Assembly: GCA_002104945.1 (NCBI GenBank)
Contig: MCFH01000014.1
Span: 186,001 to 250,000 of the forward strand
Length of the DNA: 64,000 nt
Direction: 5' to 3'
Source: Piromyces finnis finn
Lineage: Eukaryota > Fungi > Neocallimastigomycota
This document shows positions 34,684 to 52,808 of the stretch, one piece after another. Every line of letters starts with the position of its first letter. The first letter of the stretch is position 1. Under the pieces are notes generated by a model. It saw only the letters and a program-made list of their open reading frames with translations, made no database searches and was not told where the DNA came from. Made by a program: the position numbers and the translations under genes.

Positions 34684-37600
34684 GAATAATAAAATATATA
34701 GTGTCTAAGGGATATAAATGTTTTAAAATTATTTACCAAGGCTAAATTTTCATTTTTCTTATATTCCATTGCAATATAATCCTTCTTTAATTTACGAATA
34801 GAGTACAAGTAACTTTGTCTCAAGTAAGTTTCATAGTTTAAATCGTTTAATAAAAGGAAAATATGAATTCTTGAAATATCAAGTTGTAGGGTGATATTAT
34901 CAATGGTTTCGTTAAGAGCGGAAATTGATGAGAAATTATTATTTGAGGCGTTGGAAGAGAGTGTGGCATTGTTCATTGATTTATCTTTGTTATTCTTTAT
35001 GTTAACATCGGATTCATTTAAAATCTTTAGAGAGTAAAAGTAAGAGGATAAACTTGTTCTTAACTCTGAAAAGATATTTATGATGGTGTTAGCATCATTG
35101 GTTAAAGAATTAAGATGAGGATCCATTCCTGGAAGAATATTAAATAATGAATTGGTATTATTTGCTGAAATAGTACTATTGTTGTTGTTGTTATTGTTAT
35201 TATTATTATTACTGTTATTATTATTACTATTATTGTTATTTCCTTCATTAATAATTTGAGAAATAGATTTTTGCTGTAAAATGGATTGAATATTTCCATG
35301 GGATTGATAGTGGTGAATAGCGGAAAGATTAGAACTCATAACAGTAGTTGAAGTTTGAGCTGTAATACCATTACCACTAGCATTTAATCCAGATATAGAA
35401 GTAGAAGTTGAGAATTTATTATTATTAGATAATGTCGATGATTTTGGTTTTTGAGCTTGAGTTTGATTTTGATTTACTATTTCATCATTTGTGGTAGTAT
35501 CATTGGATATTGAAGAAATAATGCTAGATAATGATTTATTGATAATTTTATCATTTTTAATTTCACTTACAATACTATCATCAAAGGATTGCTTATCAGT
35601 GTTAGAATTAACTGAAACAACTGTAATATTATTCATTGAAGATTTATTATTTAATATAGACTTTGTAAAGCCATCATCAATTGTTGAATTTGAGTAAATG
35701 TTCTCAATGGAATCGGAATCTAATTAATAGTTAGCAGAATATTTATTAGTAATTAATTATTATATCATAATACATAGTAAATTATGGGAATAGTAGAAAA
35801 GAATGTTTATATATATAAAAAGAAAAATTGAAGCATCATAATATAAATAATTAAATAATGACGGTAAATTTTATCACTTACTTATAAATCTTTGTTCAAT
35901 TTCAGTTGGCTCCTTTGAGTTATAGGATCCAAATGTTTGACTGTTATCATTATTATTTAGGAAATTGTCCAAGGTAGCTTGTTTTTCAAAATTATGAACT
36001 TTTATATAATGTTCGGTATACTTTAAATCATCTTCTGGTACAATTTTACGACGATCAATATGAGAGTGTGTTTTATTTGTGAATTTTCTTCTTTGGGAAA
36101 GATTTGAATTTGTTACATTATACCAAATATTTGTATCAAAATTAGGCATTTTCTTGATTTCTTTATCAACTTCAAATACATTGTTACCTTCCAGACTGAA
36201 ATCTAATATCTTTTCACTGAATTCATCATCAATACCTCTCCAGGAGTAACGATTATCTTTTGATAATCTAGGTCCTGCAGATTCATGGGCCCAGGCTCTA
36301 GAATGAGATGGTGTGACATTGCTTAGTGCCATATTTAATTGGGTCATATTCCAAGTAGGTAAAACTTTAGAATCATAACTATTATGCTTAATAAAAGATA
36401 TCTCGGTAGCATTTTCATCATCATTATTATATCCTGTAGCATTGGTTATGGTCGTTAATACCTTTTTATCTAATTTTTGAGGTCTATAGAGGCTTAAACA
36501 AGATATTGTAATTACAGCAGCATCTTCTTGAATCCATTTTGATAAATCTGTTTTTTCTTTTTCGGTATTAGAAAACATTAAATTTGGATGAACTAAGAAA
36601 TTTTCCATTATTATCTAGTAATATAGAATAAAAAAAAAAAAAAAAGGAAAAGGACAAGATATATATATTAATTATTATATTTATAGATTAAAGCAATTTC
36701 GTAAATTATAAAATTTATAATGTATATTACATGGAATGCTTGTTCTAAATAATGTATATCACTGGTGTGATTTTTTGGTATATATCTAATACTTGAAAAA
36801 ACATCATTAAATTTTTTATATCCTTCAATTTCATCCTTTTCTGGAGAATAGTGTGGAATATTCTTAAAAATATACTTTCTTAATTTTTTATTGTTTGTGA
36901 TTATATCTTCTTCTTTTTCCGAATCAAGTTTAAAATCTTCAAACAATTTTTTTGTAAAAGATAATAAATTACATGGGAACATTCCATATAAAAAGGTAAA
37001 ATAATTTAATACAGTATTCCAAAGTGTTTGAGATGAGTATAAGGTCATTAAATTATTGACTGTTTTCAAAAGTTTTATATTAAATAATAATTTGATAAAA
37101 ATTTAATAGAGTAAAAAATAAAATGAAAATGAAAGTGTTAAATAAAGACATTTATAATTTTGTAAAAAAGAATTTATAAATTTTTAAAAATTTACGAGAA
37201 ATATCTTGATGCTTTTCTTTTAATGTATAATCTTTATTTTGATTTTCTAAATTAATTTCTTCTATATGGTTTTTAATAATCTTAACATAATGTCTTTCCC
37301 ATAATATTGATCGTATTAATAATGAAAATAATTCATCTAAAATTTTGGGTAAATGATTGAAAATTCTTGGAATTAAGATAGTAAGAATATTTAAACATCC
37401 ACATACAATTGGTGCATAATCATCAACCTTTAAGGTTAAATAATTAAATTATAATTATAGGTAGAAAAAATAAAATAAAAAAAATTTTTTTTAATAAATA
37501 TATATTTTTTATTTCTATATAATGATATGTAAAAATATTGATTATACAGCTATAGAACAAAGGATTGAGTTGAATAAATTTGTTTCCACAATCATATGTA

Positions 37601-38616
37601 CAGGAAATTGCTATAATTAAATAAAAATATATTTTTATATAATTAACGTCTCTAATCTGTGACTTTTAAAATTATAAAAAAAAAAAAAAAATTACCTCCA
37701 TTATAACAATTTTATTTATGATATTTATAACTTCAAGCCTATTATTACTATTGAATTGTTCATTTAAATCTTGAAATATTTCCTTTATGCCAATAAAAAA
37801 TTTTTTTTAATATTTTTAAAAATATTATAATTTTAAAATTACATAAAATAAATAAAAAGCCATATCATTTAATAAATATTGAATATAAAATTAAAATATT
37901 ATTTTATATATAATACTAACTTTTGGTTTTGAAATACCAATTTGAATTACAAGATTTTCTAAATTCGCTGAAAAAGTTGTATCATATAATTTATTCTCAA
38001 TTTTTTTTGTTTTACTTAATTGACTAATAATACTTTTTTGTTCATTAACGTATGTATCCACAATTAAACCTTGATATTCTTTGATAATATCTTCTATATC
38101 TGTATTTTTATAGGCTTCATTTCCAATACAAAAATGAATTATAATATTTTGTGTAACTTTAATCAATTCACGCCAACGACTATTGAGGAGAATTGGTTTA
38201 AATAATGCATTCCACCATGTGCTCATAAATTTCCTTGGTTCAAAAACATCTTGTAAACGATAAAGATATTTAATAAAAATTAATAATTTTGGATCCATTG
38301 AAAGTCTCTTTATAACCAAAATGTTTTCTTTGTTGAAATTTTCAATTGTATTAAAAGTACTTTTAAATAAATCAATTAAATTTAAATGAAGACGGTCAAC
38401 TGTTGGATATGCATGCGTTATTGAAGATATTTTTTTAAAATCATCTTTATTTTGGTTCTCTGTTTCATTATTAATATTGTTTAAAGTTTCATACACAACT
38501 TTTTCATATAAATGTGAATTAACAAAATTATTAATAATCCTTTCAGATGAAGAACTATTTTTGTTTGATTTTAATTTTACATCATTTGAAATAATTTTAA
38601 ATACTTCTTTTGCCAT
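33121..38616 (-). CDS. TSC1: Hamartin / TSC1 homolog (multi-exon)
   Basis: Motifs YFTFLYGMFPCNLLSF (cf. hamartin LYGMYPCNF), HPNLMFSNTEKEKTDLSKW..CLSL and LLLNDLNYETYLRQSYL, followed by several coiled-coil exons. The last exon MQIMNLQCDLEK..TTPT ends at TAA 33123-33121. Confidence 0.88.
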
Positions 38617-40779
38617 TATTAAATAATCTTTTTATATATAATGATTTTTATATTAATTGTTGATTTAAATAAATATTAAATAATTTCTATTACTATTATT
38701 GTCTTGTGCCTTTTCCACTAATTATTGTATATATTTTATATTTAACTTTATTAAACAGTATTTTTTTTTATTGAAGCATTTCTTTGCTATCTTTTTTTTT
38801 TTTTTTTTTTTATTTATTTTATTTTATTTTATTTTTTAAATTACAAATTTCTTAAAATTTTTGAATTTCAAATTTCAAATTAAAATTGATTTTAGTTAAT
38901 TTACTAAAAGTAACTATATTATTATATTATTATCTTTTTCTTGTATCCTTTTTTCTTTTCTTCTTTCCTTTTCTTACTTTCGTTCTTATTTGTTTATAAA
39001 CTTAAAAAAAAAAAAAATATAAATTTACTTTGAAAAATTAATCTTTTTAATTATTTTAATTTTGAAATTTAAAAAAAAAAAAAAAAATTTATATATTTAA
39101 TAAATCTTTCTTTTTTCCAAATTATTTATATTAGTTTTGAAGGACAATACGCTCCAGATATATCTTGTTTAATTATTGGAAAAATTTCAAAATTAGAACT
39201 AAAGATTGATATTTATAAATTCTACTTTTTTATCTTTTATTATAAAAGAAACAATCTTTTTTTTTTTTTATTTATATTATTATTATGAATTGAAATGTGT
39301 ATTTATTAATAAAACAGATACTATATGCTTCATTAAATTTCTATTCTTTTTAATAATAATAAAGTATTTATATTTATATTCCTTTCTTCTTTAGGGTAGA
39401 ATTTCTTGTAACCATTTAATTTCCATAAAAAACTTTATAGTATTTGTATATTTGTATATTACTTTTTTTTTTATTTTTAATTTTTATTATTATTATTTTT
39501 TATTTTGTTTTAAAAAATGTATATATTATTAATTTAATATAAAATTTTTTGTGGTTTATTTTGTCCAATAATATTCAAGTAAATTTCAATTTTTAATTAA
39601 TTGTAAAATAGAAAATTCATGAAAATAATAATAATAATGAAAAGTTCAATGAACATAATAGTATTTAATAAAAAATAATAATAAAAAAAAAAAGAAAAGA
39701 AAACAACTAAAAATGATATACAATATTTTTGTATATTTTGTATTGCTATGAATTGTTGAGCTTATAAAAATATTTATTAATAATGATGAAATATAATATT
39801 AATTTAGTATTTTAAATTTAAAATAATTTTTGAAAATTTTGATATGAATTAATTAAATCAGAATAATAAAAAGAAAAAAAAAATCAGGTATAAAAGTATT
39901 AATAACATATTTATTTAAAAATAAGAGTTATGGTTTTTTCATTAGTTTTTTTACCATTAACTATATTTTAAATTATATTTTAATTATACTTAAATTCTAT
40001 TTTACACAATACACCAAAATTTATTATTTTAAAAATATAATTATATATAAAAATTCTCTCTTTTTTATAACAATATATTTTTTTTTGTGTGGATGATACA
40101 ATTTTAAATTAGATGATTAGATGTTTTTTTTTTTTTTATTAAATATTTATGTAAAAATAAAGAAAAAACAAGATAAAAGTATATTGTTTTTAAAAAAAAA
40201 CATTCTATCCATATTGCTATATATAAAATATTACTATTTTTTATTCAAAGTTTTAAAATTTAAAATAGTATAACAAATTTATCATTTTCATTTTTTCAAT
40301 AAATAATTAAATTTTAAAAGTTTAATTACTATTAAAAGGTAATAATAGTAATTAAAAATAATAATGGAATTTATAAAAATTAAATATAAATTTTTTTAGG
40401 GAATATATTATATATAATTAAATTTTTTTAATTATACAAATAACTTTTTTTTTTTTCTTTTTATTAATATTTTATAAAGTTATTGCCTTTTTTTTTTCCC
40501 TTCTCAAAAGACTTATTAATAAAGTTTATGTAACTTCTAATAAATATTAATAGCTTATTATTATTTTTTCTTATTATAAACAGTTACTAATATTATTTCC
40601 ACTTTAGCAGACTTTAAAATAAATGTATAATTAATTCGATAATTTCTAAAAATTAATCATTCAAATATAATAAGAAAAAAAAATATCATTGATATATTAT
40701 TTGTATCAATTAAATATATATATATATATATAAAACTGTCAATATCGTAAACATATCTGTATATACACAATAATTTACA

Positions 40780-44856
<4,077 letters not shown>

Positions 44857-46139
44857 GATCATGGTAGTTATAAAAGAAAAAAAAAATAAATAGACTTTTT
44901 TTTTTTTTCCACAAAAGTATTTATAATAAACTGGTCGAAATCCATAAATGATAAAATGTTATGAGAATAAAAAAAAAAAAAAGTCAATTTTTAATATAAC
45001 ATTAATTTAATTATAACTATCGTAATAATGGTGTATGTACATATATATATATATATATAAAAAAAAAAAAAAAAAAAAAAAAGAGAAGGAATAATATAAA
45101 TGATATTGTTAACAATAGTATATTGAGTCTGATCTGCATTATCATCAGTTGAATACACTAAATTATGTGTAGGTCACCTATCAACATTATAATATTTTAT
45201 ATCGACTCAATAATAATATAAACAATTTTAAATACCCTATTCTTTTCTTTCTTTATTTAAAAAAAATAAAAAATAATTAAATATTTATATAAGTTATATA
45301 CTAATAAAGACATATACTAATGTATTTTTTCTTTGTTAATATTTTTAAACCTATAATATTATATAATATTGAAATTTAAAATCTTCAATTGGATGGTTAA
45401 TAATATGGATTTTAATATTTAATGATTTGAATTATATAAATTATTGGATTTAAATAATAGAATGTAATTGACCAAACATAGATATATGGAAAATAAAAAT
45501 TTTTAGTAGATTACAAAGAAAAATAAAATAAAATAAAATAAAAATAAAATATTCAATTATTAGAAAATAATAATAAGCTCATAAACAAATATTTCACCAA
45601 AACCTCAATTATAATTATAATATTACACTTTTATGATTAATTATTTAATTTGTATATTTACAATTATTATTTACTTTTGATATATATACTATATATACTT
45701 TTTCTTTTTCTTCTTATTTTAATCATTATTCATTTTCAATATTTATAACGAAAAATATATTATTGTATTATCAACATTCACGATTATTATCAATTATTTT
45801 TTATTTTACTATAATAAAATATTTTATATATAAATAAAAGTAAAATTATAAAAATCTTTATTAAGTTAAAAAATATATTTTATTTAGTTGAATTTGATTA
45901 TTCACTAATTAAAATATTATAATCTATAATTTTTTTTGTGTTATTATTATTACTACTATTTGCTATTAATCTAGTATTAATAATATTATTATTATGCGTT
46001 AAGAGTTTATTATTATTATTATTTTTTTTTTTTTTACTTTTTTTTTTTTTTTTTTTTTACTTGTTTTTTATTTTATTTAATACTTAAAGTATTTTTATTA
46101 TTAAATAATATTATCTTAAAACGTTCTCTGATATTGTAT

Positions 46140-47559
46140 TTATTCCTTCTTTGAATGTTTTTCATCTTCTGGTTTCTTTTCTTTTTCTTTTTCTTTATCA
46201 TCATCATCCTTAAGATCAACCTTAAGACTACCTTGACCAATCTTCTTAACTTTCTTGGTCTTACTCTTACCACCATTCTTCATAGATTCTGGCATGTTGG
46301 ATTTAATGAAGTAGTATGTACAGGCGAAAAGAATAACAGTGAGAATACCGAATATGAACCATAAGCTTTTTTTTAAAGATGAGATTAATTAATATTATTT
46401 TTTCTTTGATATAATTTAAAAATATATATATATATTTAAAATTAAATAAAGATTAGCATACTTGACGTATTGTTGAATCCATTTAGCAAAACTAGTAATA
46501 AAAGCACCAATGACACTAGCATAACCAACCCAACGTCCACTATAATAAAATAAATGATTATATTAATTATAAAAGTTTTTTGTATGATATTTTTAAAAAT
46601 AAATATTAAATAAAAAAAATTTTATCTTACACAACTGAGAAAGGTGAAGCGAAGAAACCTCTTGGTTTAATACTTTCCCATTCTTTGTTTTCAATAAACT
46701 TGATAAGATTTTCTTGAGTTCTTACAATATTAAATTTTCTAACTATATTAGATTAAATAAATGCATTAATTGTAATATATAAAAGAATGTTAATTTATTA
46801 ATTTAATAATTATAATATTATAATTTATATATATAAAAAACTATAAAACTATTTACCTTGTTTATCTTCAATAAAGAAAAGAGTTGGTAAACTTGAAATA
46901 TTATTATTGTAAACATTATTAAAATTAAATACTTTTTTTTTTTTTAATTATTTAATTATATAAAGTAAAAGGTATATACCTAGTAATGTAAAAACGAGAA
47001 GCAAGTTGTGGATTTTCTATGAAGACATTATATAAAACATTATAAAATTAGTATGGTAATTAATTGATTGAAATATATATGTTATTTTTTTTTATAACAA
47101 ACTAACCATCAATGTTAACTTTTCCAAAGTTTACATTTAAATTCTTTTCTTTAGCTTCAATTTCAACATCTTCGAATACGGGAGCAAATATATTGCAATG
47201 ACCACACCAATCAGCATAGCTACATTAATATTAAAGTGTTTTTATTTTATTTTATTTTTAAATTTTTATCAGTTATAAATTTCTTTGAATATATATACAT
47301 ATAACTATGATATAAAATTGAAATTACAAGTAAACCATCCATTGACCTTCGGCGATCTTTTTATAATATTATATAATAATATATAATAATAAAAAAATTT
47401 TGTTAAATTTATATTACTTTGGGTATAAAATTTCAAAATATGATGAAAATGATAGTATACTTGATTATCAAAGTTTAAATCATTGAATTTAACAACATCA
47501 GCTTTTACGAAGTAAGCTAATAATGTAATTAATAATGAAATAATACTGATAGATTTCAT
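46140..47559 (-). CDS. Thioredoxin-related transmembrane protein (TMX-like, single WCGHC domain; 8 exons)
   Basis: Signal peptide, then spliced IAEGQWMVYFYADWCGHCNIFAPVF..FGKVNIDENPQLASRFYITSLPTLFFI..RTQENLIKFIENKEW, a TM helix LWFIFGILTVILFACTYYFI and a charged tail ending HSKKE*. Confidence 0.88.
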
Positions 47560-48062
47560 TTTGATTTTATTATTTTCTTTTATTTTTTATTTTTTTTTTA
47601 ATCTTTAATTGTTCTTTAAATTTCTTTTTTCTTTTTTTTTTTTTTTTTATTATTTGTTTTAATAAAACATAAAAAAACAAATAATTATTAAAAAATTATT
47701 TTCCAATTTTTTAAAAATATGAAAAATAAATTAAATCAAATTAAAAATTATTATTATTATTTTTTCTGATGAAATCTAAATTATTAATAAATTTTTTCTT
47801 AAAAAATCTTATCATAAATTCTTTATATTACAAGCCACATTTAATTTTAAATATCTATTATGGCTGATTATTGATATTTGATTTATTATTTTTTTTAAAA
47901 AAATAATATAATTTTTAAAGTTTTCATTTTAATTATTTCAAAATATAATGTCATAAAATAACTTTGCTTTTTTTTTTTTTTTTTTTTACCTTCTTTTTTT
48001 TTTTTTCGAAGCGCATAACCTTTAATATTCATATCTAAATAATTAGTATTATAAACTTAAAA

Positions 48063-50652
48063 ATGAATACTGATGATAATATAAATAAAGTAATTCAATC
48101 TGACTTAAATCTTGATTCAGATAATACATCAGACTCTGATGAAAAGTATGATAATTTGTATAGTGATCCAGAGGAAGCATTTAAATTCGTAAATTTATTG
48201 TCACAAGCTTACAATGACGGGAAAAAAGATATAAATTCAAAAACTGTTCAGGATTTATTGGACTCTACAAACTTAAACACTATAAATGAAGATATATTAA
48301 ATGATAATAGTAGCTTCAATGAAGGTCATTATAACACGAATGAAGTAATGAATTATAATAACAATAATAGTTATAATTATAAAAAATATACCCATAGCAC
48401 TGATAGAAGTAATAATATATTAAACCAATATAAACCTGGACCTTCTAATAATATAATAAATAAAAATGGTATTGATGTATTGATATTAAAATGTATTTAA
48501 TTAATTTTATCTGTAAATTTTCAAAAAATTTTAATATATCAATATTTAAATAATAAAAAGATTCTATTGAAACTTTGAAAAGAAAAATACAGGAATTACA
48601 AAGCTCTAATGATAAAGTAAAAAAAAAAAAGAAAAAAAAAAAAATATATTTATTAATAATTAATTAATAATAATAAAAGTATCTAAATTTATTTTTTATA
48701 TTTTTTATATATAATACTATTACATTTATCTTTAGTTAAAGAAAGAAAATAAAAAATTAACAAATGAAAAAAATTTTAAAGATGGTGAAATTAATGTCAT
48801 TAGAAAAAGGATAAAAACAGTAAATTTCTTTAATTTTAACAACAATTATAAATATATACATTCAATTTATCTATTTATGATTAATAATTGCTGAATTAAT
48901 TTTAAAATAAAATTTCAATTATTTAGATAGAACAAGAAAATGATGATTTGAAAAAGAAATTTATAAATAAATCAAAAACCATAGAAGAGGAAAAACAACA
49001 AGAAAGAAATAATTATAAAAATGAAATTGATCGTTTACAAACAGAATTACAATTTAAAGTACGTATATATAAAGATATACAAGCTCATTATTAGAAATAA
49101 AAATATAATGTATATTTAATTTCCCAAATATATAATATTTTATATAATTTTTTTTCTTAAAAAAAATAGAAACAAGAAATTGAAGAATTAGGAATATCAC
49201 GAAATCATAGTATATCTAAAATTAAAGAAACTAAAAGGAATATAAGTTTTCCATCATTTAATGGTACTAATTTTATAATTTCTTATATGTAAATATTTAA
49301 TAGAGTTTTGAGTATTTAATTAGTAACAATTTTTTAATTTATTATTTTAGACTTTCCTAAACAGCCTTCTAATAATTATATACCCAATAAAGCATCGATT
49401 TATACAAATAAAAGTAATTATTTAATGGAAACTGAAAGTTCCTATCAAAAAGATGTTTTTGAAATACCAAATAATTTTGATGATACAAATATTGAAATAA
49501 AAGATTCTCCAAAAAAGAATATATTAAGTAAAGTGATGACTATGGACATATCTGTTCAAACAGAAAATTACGATTATTCAAATCAATCTAGCAGAAAAGT
49601 CCCATCTAAATACCAGATACCACTACCTAATTCTAGATTTTTGGTAAATATATAATAAGAAAAATTATTAAATATCAAGTTGAAAATGAATTTATTATTA
49701 ATCAAATTTTTATTATAAATTAAAACCTTAATAAAATTATTAGTTTATTCAACGCTTATATAATATAAATATATACTCCAAATTAATAAAATATATAAGC
49801 ACAGAAAATAAAAAACGTAAGTAATTAAAAAAGATTAAAAAACTAACCCCTATATTAAATATAATAATTATTAAACCTATATATATAATATATTTATTAT
49901 TTTTTTTTTTTTGACTTATTCATCAGAATTTATTAATACAAATCAAAATGTTGCAAATCCTATAATAAATAAATTACTATCAAGCATAAATGATATTATT
50001 GCCAATTCTAATATACCAATATCAAATTTAATATCCCCATTAGAAGAATATATAGGCTTAAGTTTAGATAATAATAATGTATTTATCATATAATATATTA
50101 AATAAATAACAAGATTAATTTATAGTACTAAACTATTTTAAAATCAGTTAAAAATGGCTTTAACAGGATTAAAGCTTTTACTAAATATAATTTTAAATGA
50201 TACCAATTCAAAAAATGATATATTATCATATCCTATTAAAGGTATTTTAATTACTAGCTTCATATTTAAAATTCAATATATAATTATAATAAAATTAAAA
50301 ATAAAATAAAAAAAAAGGAACAAAATTGTAAATATTTTTCTTTAAATATATATATTTTTTAAAAAAAAGATAAAGTAATAGAAAATATTCATAAACATCT
50401 TACCACCATGTTAAATATTGTTAATCAATTTAATATTAGAAAAAGCAAAGAATATCAAAATTTATCAATTAAATTTCAAAAAAAAATTTCAAATTATTTA
50501 TTTACTGTACTTCAATTAATGGCGGAAGAATGTAAAAACTCTAAAATATTATCTTTGTATGTTGGTATTACAACCACCTTTATTAATTCTATTATAAGAA
50601 AAAAATAGATAGGTTAAAAACAATAAAATTAAAAAAAAAAAAAACAATTAGT

Positions 50653-50701
<49 letters not shown>

Positions 50702-51892
50702 TATAATATATAATATATATAACAATAATTAGATACAGAACATATTTGAATAAAAATTTAATACTGGATTTTTTTAACTTACATCAAAGAATGGATATTT
50801 CTCTATATATTATCCAATGGCTCCAATATTTAATCATGGGTAAATTTATTGAATATAACAATATTATTTATATGTATTTTTTTTTTCTAATATAAATTTA
50901 TTAATTCTAAATAACAATATTTTTATTATCGATATATTATTAGATTATGAAATTGAAAAGTTATTTCAAAACATAACGGTTTTAGAATCAATAGCCCTTT
51001 ATCTAAGGCATTTGAATAAAAATGAAAATAAGAATAATGTAATTTTAATTATTTTTTAAATTAGTTATAAAATTATAAAAATAAGCATATAAAGTAATAT
51101 TAATATTTAATTCACTTTAATAATTTAATAGTTAAAAATTCAATTAAACATTATTCGACTTTATTCACTTCTTATTGCACAAGAAAGTCAATCTTTAAGA
51201 TTAATGGCTAATTCTCATATTGTAACTATTAATTACATAATATTAAGAGATATATTTTTAATAAATATATAAATTTATATAGATTAAATTAATAATAATT
51301 GTTGATAAATGTAATTTTATATTATGTAGGTTATTTCAAATATTATTTTTGTAATGCAAACAAAATTAGATTATATAATAGAAGAAAAAAATACCGAAGA
51401 AAGTAAAAATATGTAATGTGATAATTATGTATATTTTTAAATTTTAAATAAAAATCATTATTAAATTATATTTTATATTTCTATTTAAAGAATGGCTATA
51501 ATAAAAGAAGGAATAAAATTTATTCATTCAGTCTTTATCAAAGCATCTAATGTATTTAAAATTCTCGACTCAAATGAATCCGTTAATTATATTTTTATTC
51601 GATTATTAAGTAGACTAGTAGTATCAAAATATTATGAAGATAGTTGGTCATTATATATTGATGATATATATGGTATGTATTAATTATCAATTTTAAAATA
51701 TATAATAAAAAAAAACTTTATACTAATAATTGCTTTTTTTAAATAATGAAATAAATAGATATTATAAATGATTTGTTAGAATCAATATTAATTAGTACAC
51801 CACATGAAAATATTTTAAAAAAATTAATTCCTGAGGAATATGAAGCAATAGAAGACAAATCAGTCAAAAATAATGATAATTCTAATAACTAA
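48063..51892 (+). CDS. ATRIP/Rad26-like ATR partner protein (many short exons)
   Basis: Coiled-coil exons KDGEINVIRKRIKT and EIDRLQTELQFK|KQEIEEL resemble the ATRIP coiled coil (GEIKILR..LQSELQFKDAEM). Acidic N-terminus and a helical C-terminal region; stop TAA at 51890-51892. Homology judged by eye. Confidence 0.65.
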
Positions 51893-52191
51893 GAATATTC
51901 ATCAACATTGATTGAAAATTCTATATTACTTTCTAATGTATAATTTATTAATTTTTACATTTTATAGTAATAAACTATTATCATTATTATTAAATTAAAT
52001 GAAAAAAAATAAAAGAAATATGATTATATTTAATAAAAGAAAGAAAGAAAGAAAAAAAAAAAAAGTAGAAAAGAAGCCCAATTTTTATAAATTTTTATTT
52101 TATCTTGTTTAAATTTTAAAATTTTTTAAAGTAAAAATTTAATATAAAAAAAAAAAGTAAAAATCAAAAATAAATTATATATGCATTTTTT

Positions 52192-52200
52192 CAGCCAATA
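52192..52200 (+). promoter_or_regulatory. Possible CCAAT box upstream of HisRS
   Basis: CAGCCAATA about 610 bp upstream of the ATG. Motif match only. Confidence 0.2.
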
Positions 52201-52808
52201 AAATTAATTGATTAAATTTTGATTTTGAAATAAATAGAATATCATTAAATTTTAAAATATATTACTTTATATATTAACACATATATTATAATTGAATTTG
52301 AAAACAACTATTTTTTTTATTTTATATATAATTTTTTTTAAAAAAAAAAAAAATTGCACTTAACTAAGAAAATAATTTTTAGGTAAAATTTCGAGATTTT
52401 GAAATTGAGAAATAGAATTATAATAATAAAAAAATAAATAATGATATTATTGTTATTATTTTTAATAAAAAGCATTATAAGAAATGGAGGAAATGTTATA
52501 GAATAGTTATAGTAAAAATAAATTTAAATTATTTTTAATGATATTTTAGTTATTTAGAACAAATATAGACATTGTTTTGATACGATATAAAATTTAAATA
52601 ATTTAAAAATTATTTTAATAAAAAAAAAAGAAAGTCGAAAAAACAAATTAATACAAACAAAACATAAAACTCTAAACAAAATATTTATCAAAATATTTAT
52701 TTTTAGAATTGATTAAATATAAACCCAAAAAAAGAAAAATAACTAATTTTTTTTTTTATATAATAATAATATTGTTATTATTAATATATAAAGTTTATAT
52801 TATTCATA

